Below are positions 62,974 to 64,000 of a stretch of DNA of 64,000 bases, one piece after another. Numbering within the stretch: the stretch's first letter is position 1; the number at the start of each line of letters is the position of its first letter. Source of the DNA: Azolla caroliniana (Eukaryota; Plantae; Polypodiophyta); contig JBHGNT010000006.1 in the NCBI GenBank assembly GCA_043228905.1, positions 1,054,001 through 1,118,000 of the forward strand. The letters are read 5' to 3'. The position numbers and the translations under genes are program-made. Under the pieces are notes generated by a model. The model was not told the DNA's origin, ran no database searches, and saw only the letters and a list, made by a program, of their open reading frames with translations.

Positions 62974-64000
62974 TGTCATGAACACATGACTATTATGGCG
63001 TCACCCGGACTTGAACCTCGAACCTTGTAATCAATAATTGAAAACCTCAACCATTAAGATACTAGCTTATTGTCATATGAGAAGATAAAAGATAGACCAT
63101 TCTAGAACATTATAGAAATCTCTAAGTTATTCTATAGGAACCTATCAATAAGGGCATACATGTATTCTCAAATCAATTCGAATCAAACTGTCAGAACCAA
63201 GAAGAAAAGATAGAGTGATGGAAGAAGGATATAAGAATATAGTTCTACCAATGCACCATCTCCTTTTCATCAAATTTCAGCCATCACATTGCAACAATTG
63301 CGCCAAGTGGGAGGCAAGGAGGACCTTTTCTTATTTGTAGTATCAATGACACCTTCTAGTGCCACTCAAGGGAATTCAGACATGCAAATTCCCAAAAAAT
63401 ATCAAGATTATGTTGATGTTTTCGACAAAGTCAAAGCTAGTGTTCTTCCAAAGCATCGATCGTACGACTATCCTATTGATCTCCAACCAGGAAAAGCGCC
63501 ACCATGGGGTTCGATTTACAATTTATCACCCATTGAGCTTGAGGTGCTTCGAGAATACATCGAGGAAAATCTTGCACATGGGTTTATTTGACATTCAAAG
63601 TCTCCAACTGGTGCTCCTATCTTTTTTGTGAAGAAAAAGGACAACTCCCTTCGTTTGGTCGTGGACTATCGAGGCTTAAATAAAGTTACCATAAGGAATA
63701 GGTATGCTCTACCGCATTGGTGGGTTTTGTTGATCTAATGGGTGCATATAATCTTGTTCGAATTCGACCAGGAGATGAGTGGAAGGAGATGAGTGGAAAA
63801 CTGCATTTCGTACTCGGTATGGTCATTTCGAGTATATAGTCATGCCTTTCGGGCTCACAAATGCACCCGCAATATTTCAACATATGGCAAATGACATTTT
63901 CCCGGATTTCTTGAATATCTTTCTCATCATGATTGCAAACAAGTCGAATTTTTGGGATACACTATTTCATCCAAGGTTATTTTCATGGATCCAACAAATT
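62974..64000 (+). mobile_element. Ty3/gypsy (chromovirus, Tcn1-like) element: LTR start plus RT fragment; runs off the window
   Basis: Starts TGTCATGAAC. RT: [83 protein letters not shown], with stops and deletions. Confidence 0.85.

Overview
Eukaryotic (land-plant) nuclear DNA. The PPR style and retroelement content suggest a seed-free plant, probably a fern (inference). Five apparently intact genes: RPL26/uL24 (4 exons, +), an R3H+SUZ RNA-binding protein (4 exons, +), an intronless PLS-class PPR protein (+), an IQ67-domain (IQD) protein (5 exons, +, one GC-AG intron) and an intronless ANTH/AP180-type clathrin assembly protein (-). There are also two PPR pseudogenes. The rest is nested transposons. 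These include two copies of one Ty1/copia family in opposite orientation: one full-length with 392-bp LTRs and TSD ATAGA inside an L1-type LINE, and one cut by the window edge. Also present are a decayed unusual Ty3/gypsy, a Tcn1-like gypsy, RTE-type LINE relics, several solo LTRs, a MULE-like element and a hAT MITE. Most interesting oddities: (1) the copia has a duplicated PPT and a ~175-aa charged pol extension carrying a copy of LTR sequence; (2) gypsy LTRs begin with an antisense tRNA-like A/B-box module; (3) a tandem duplication in RPL26 intron 2 creates a potential in-frame 36-nt microexon; (4) a PPR-derived minisatellite supplies the start codon of the intact PPR ORF. All coordinates were counted by eye and no database searches were run.
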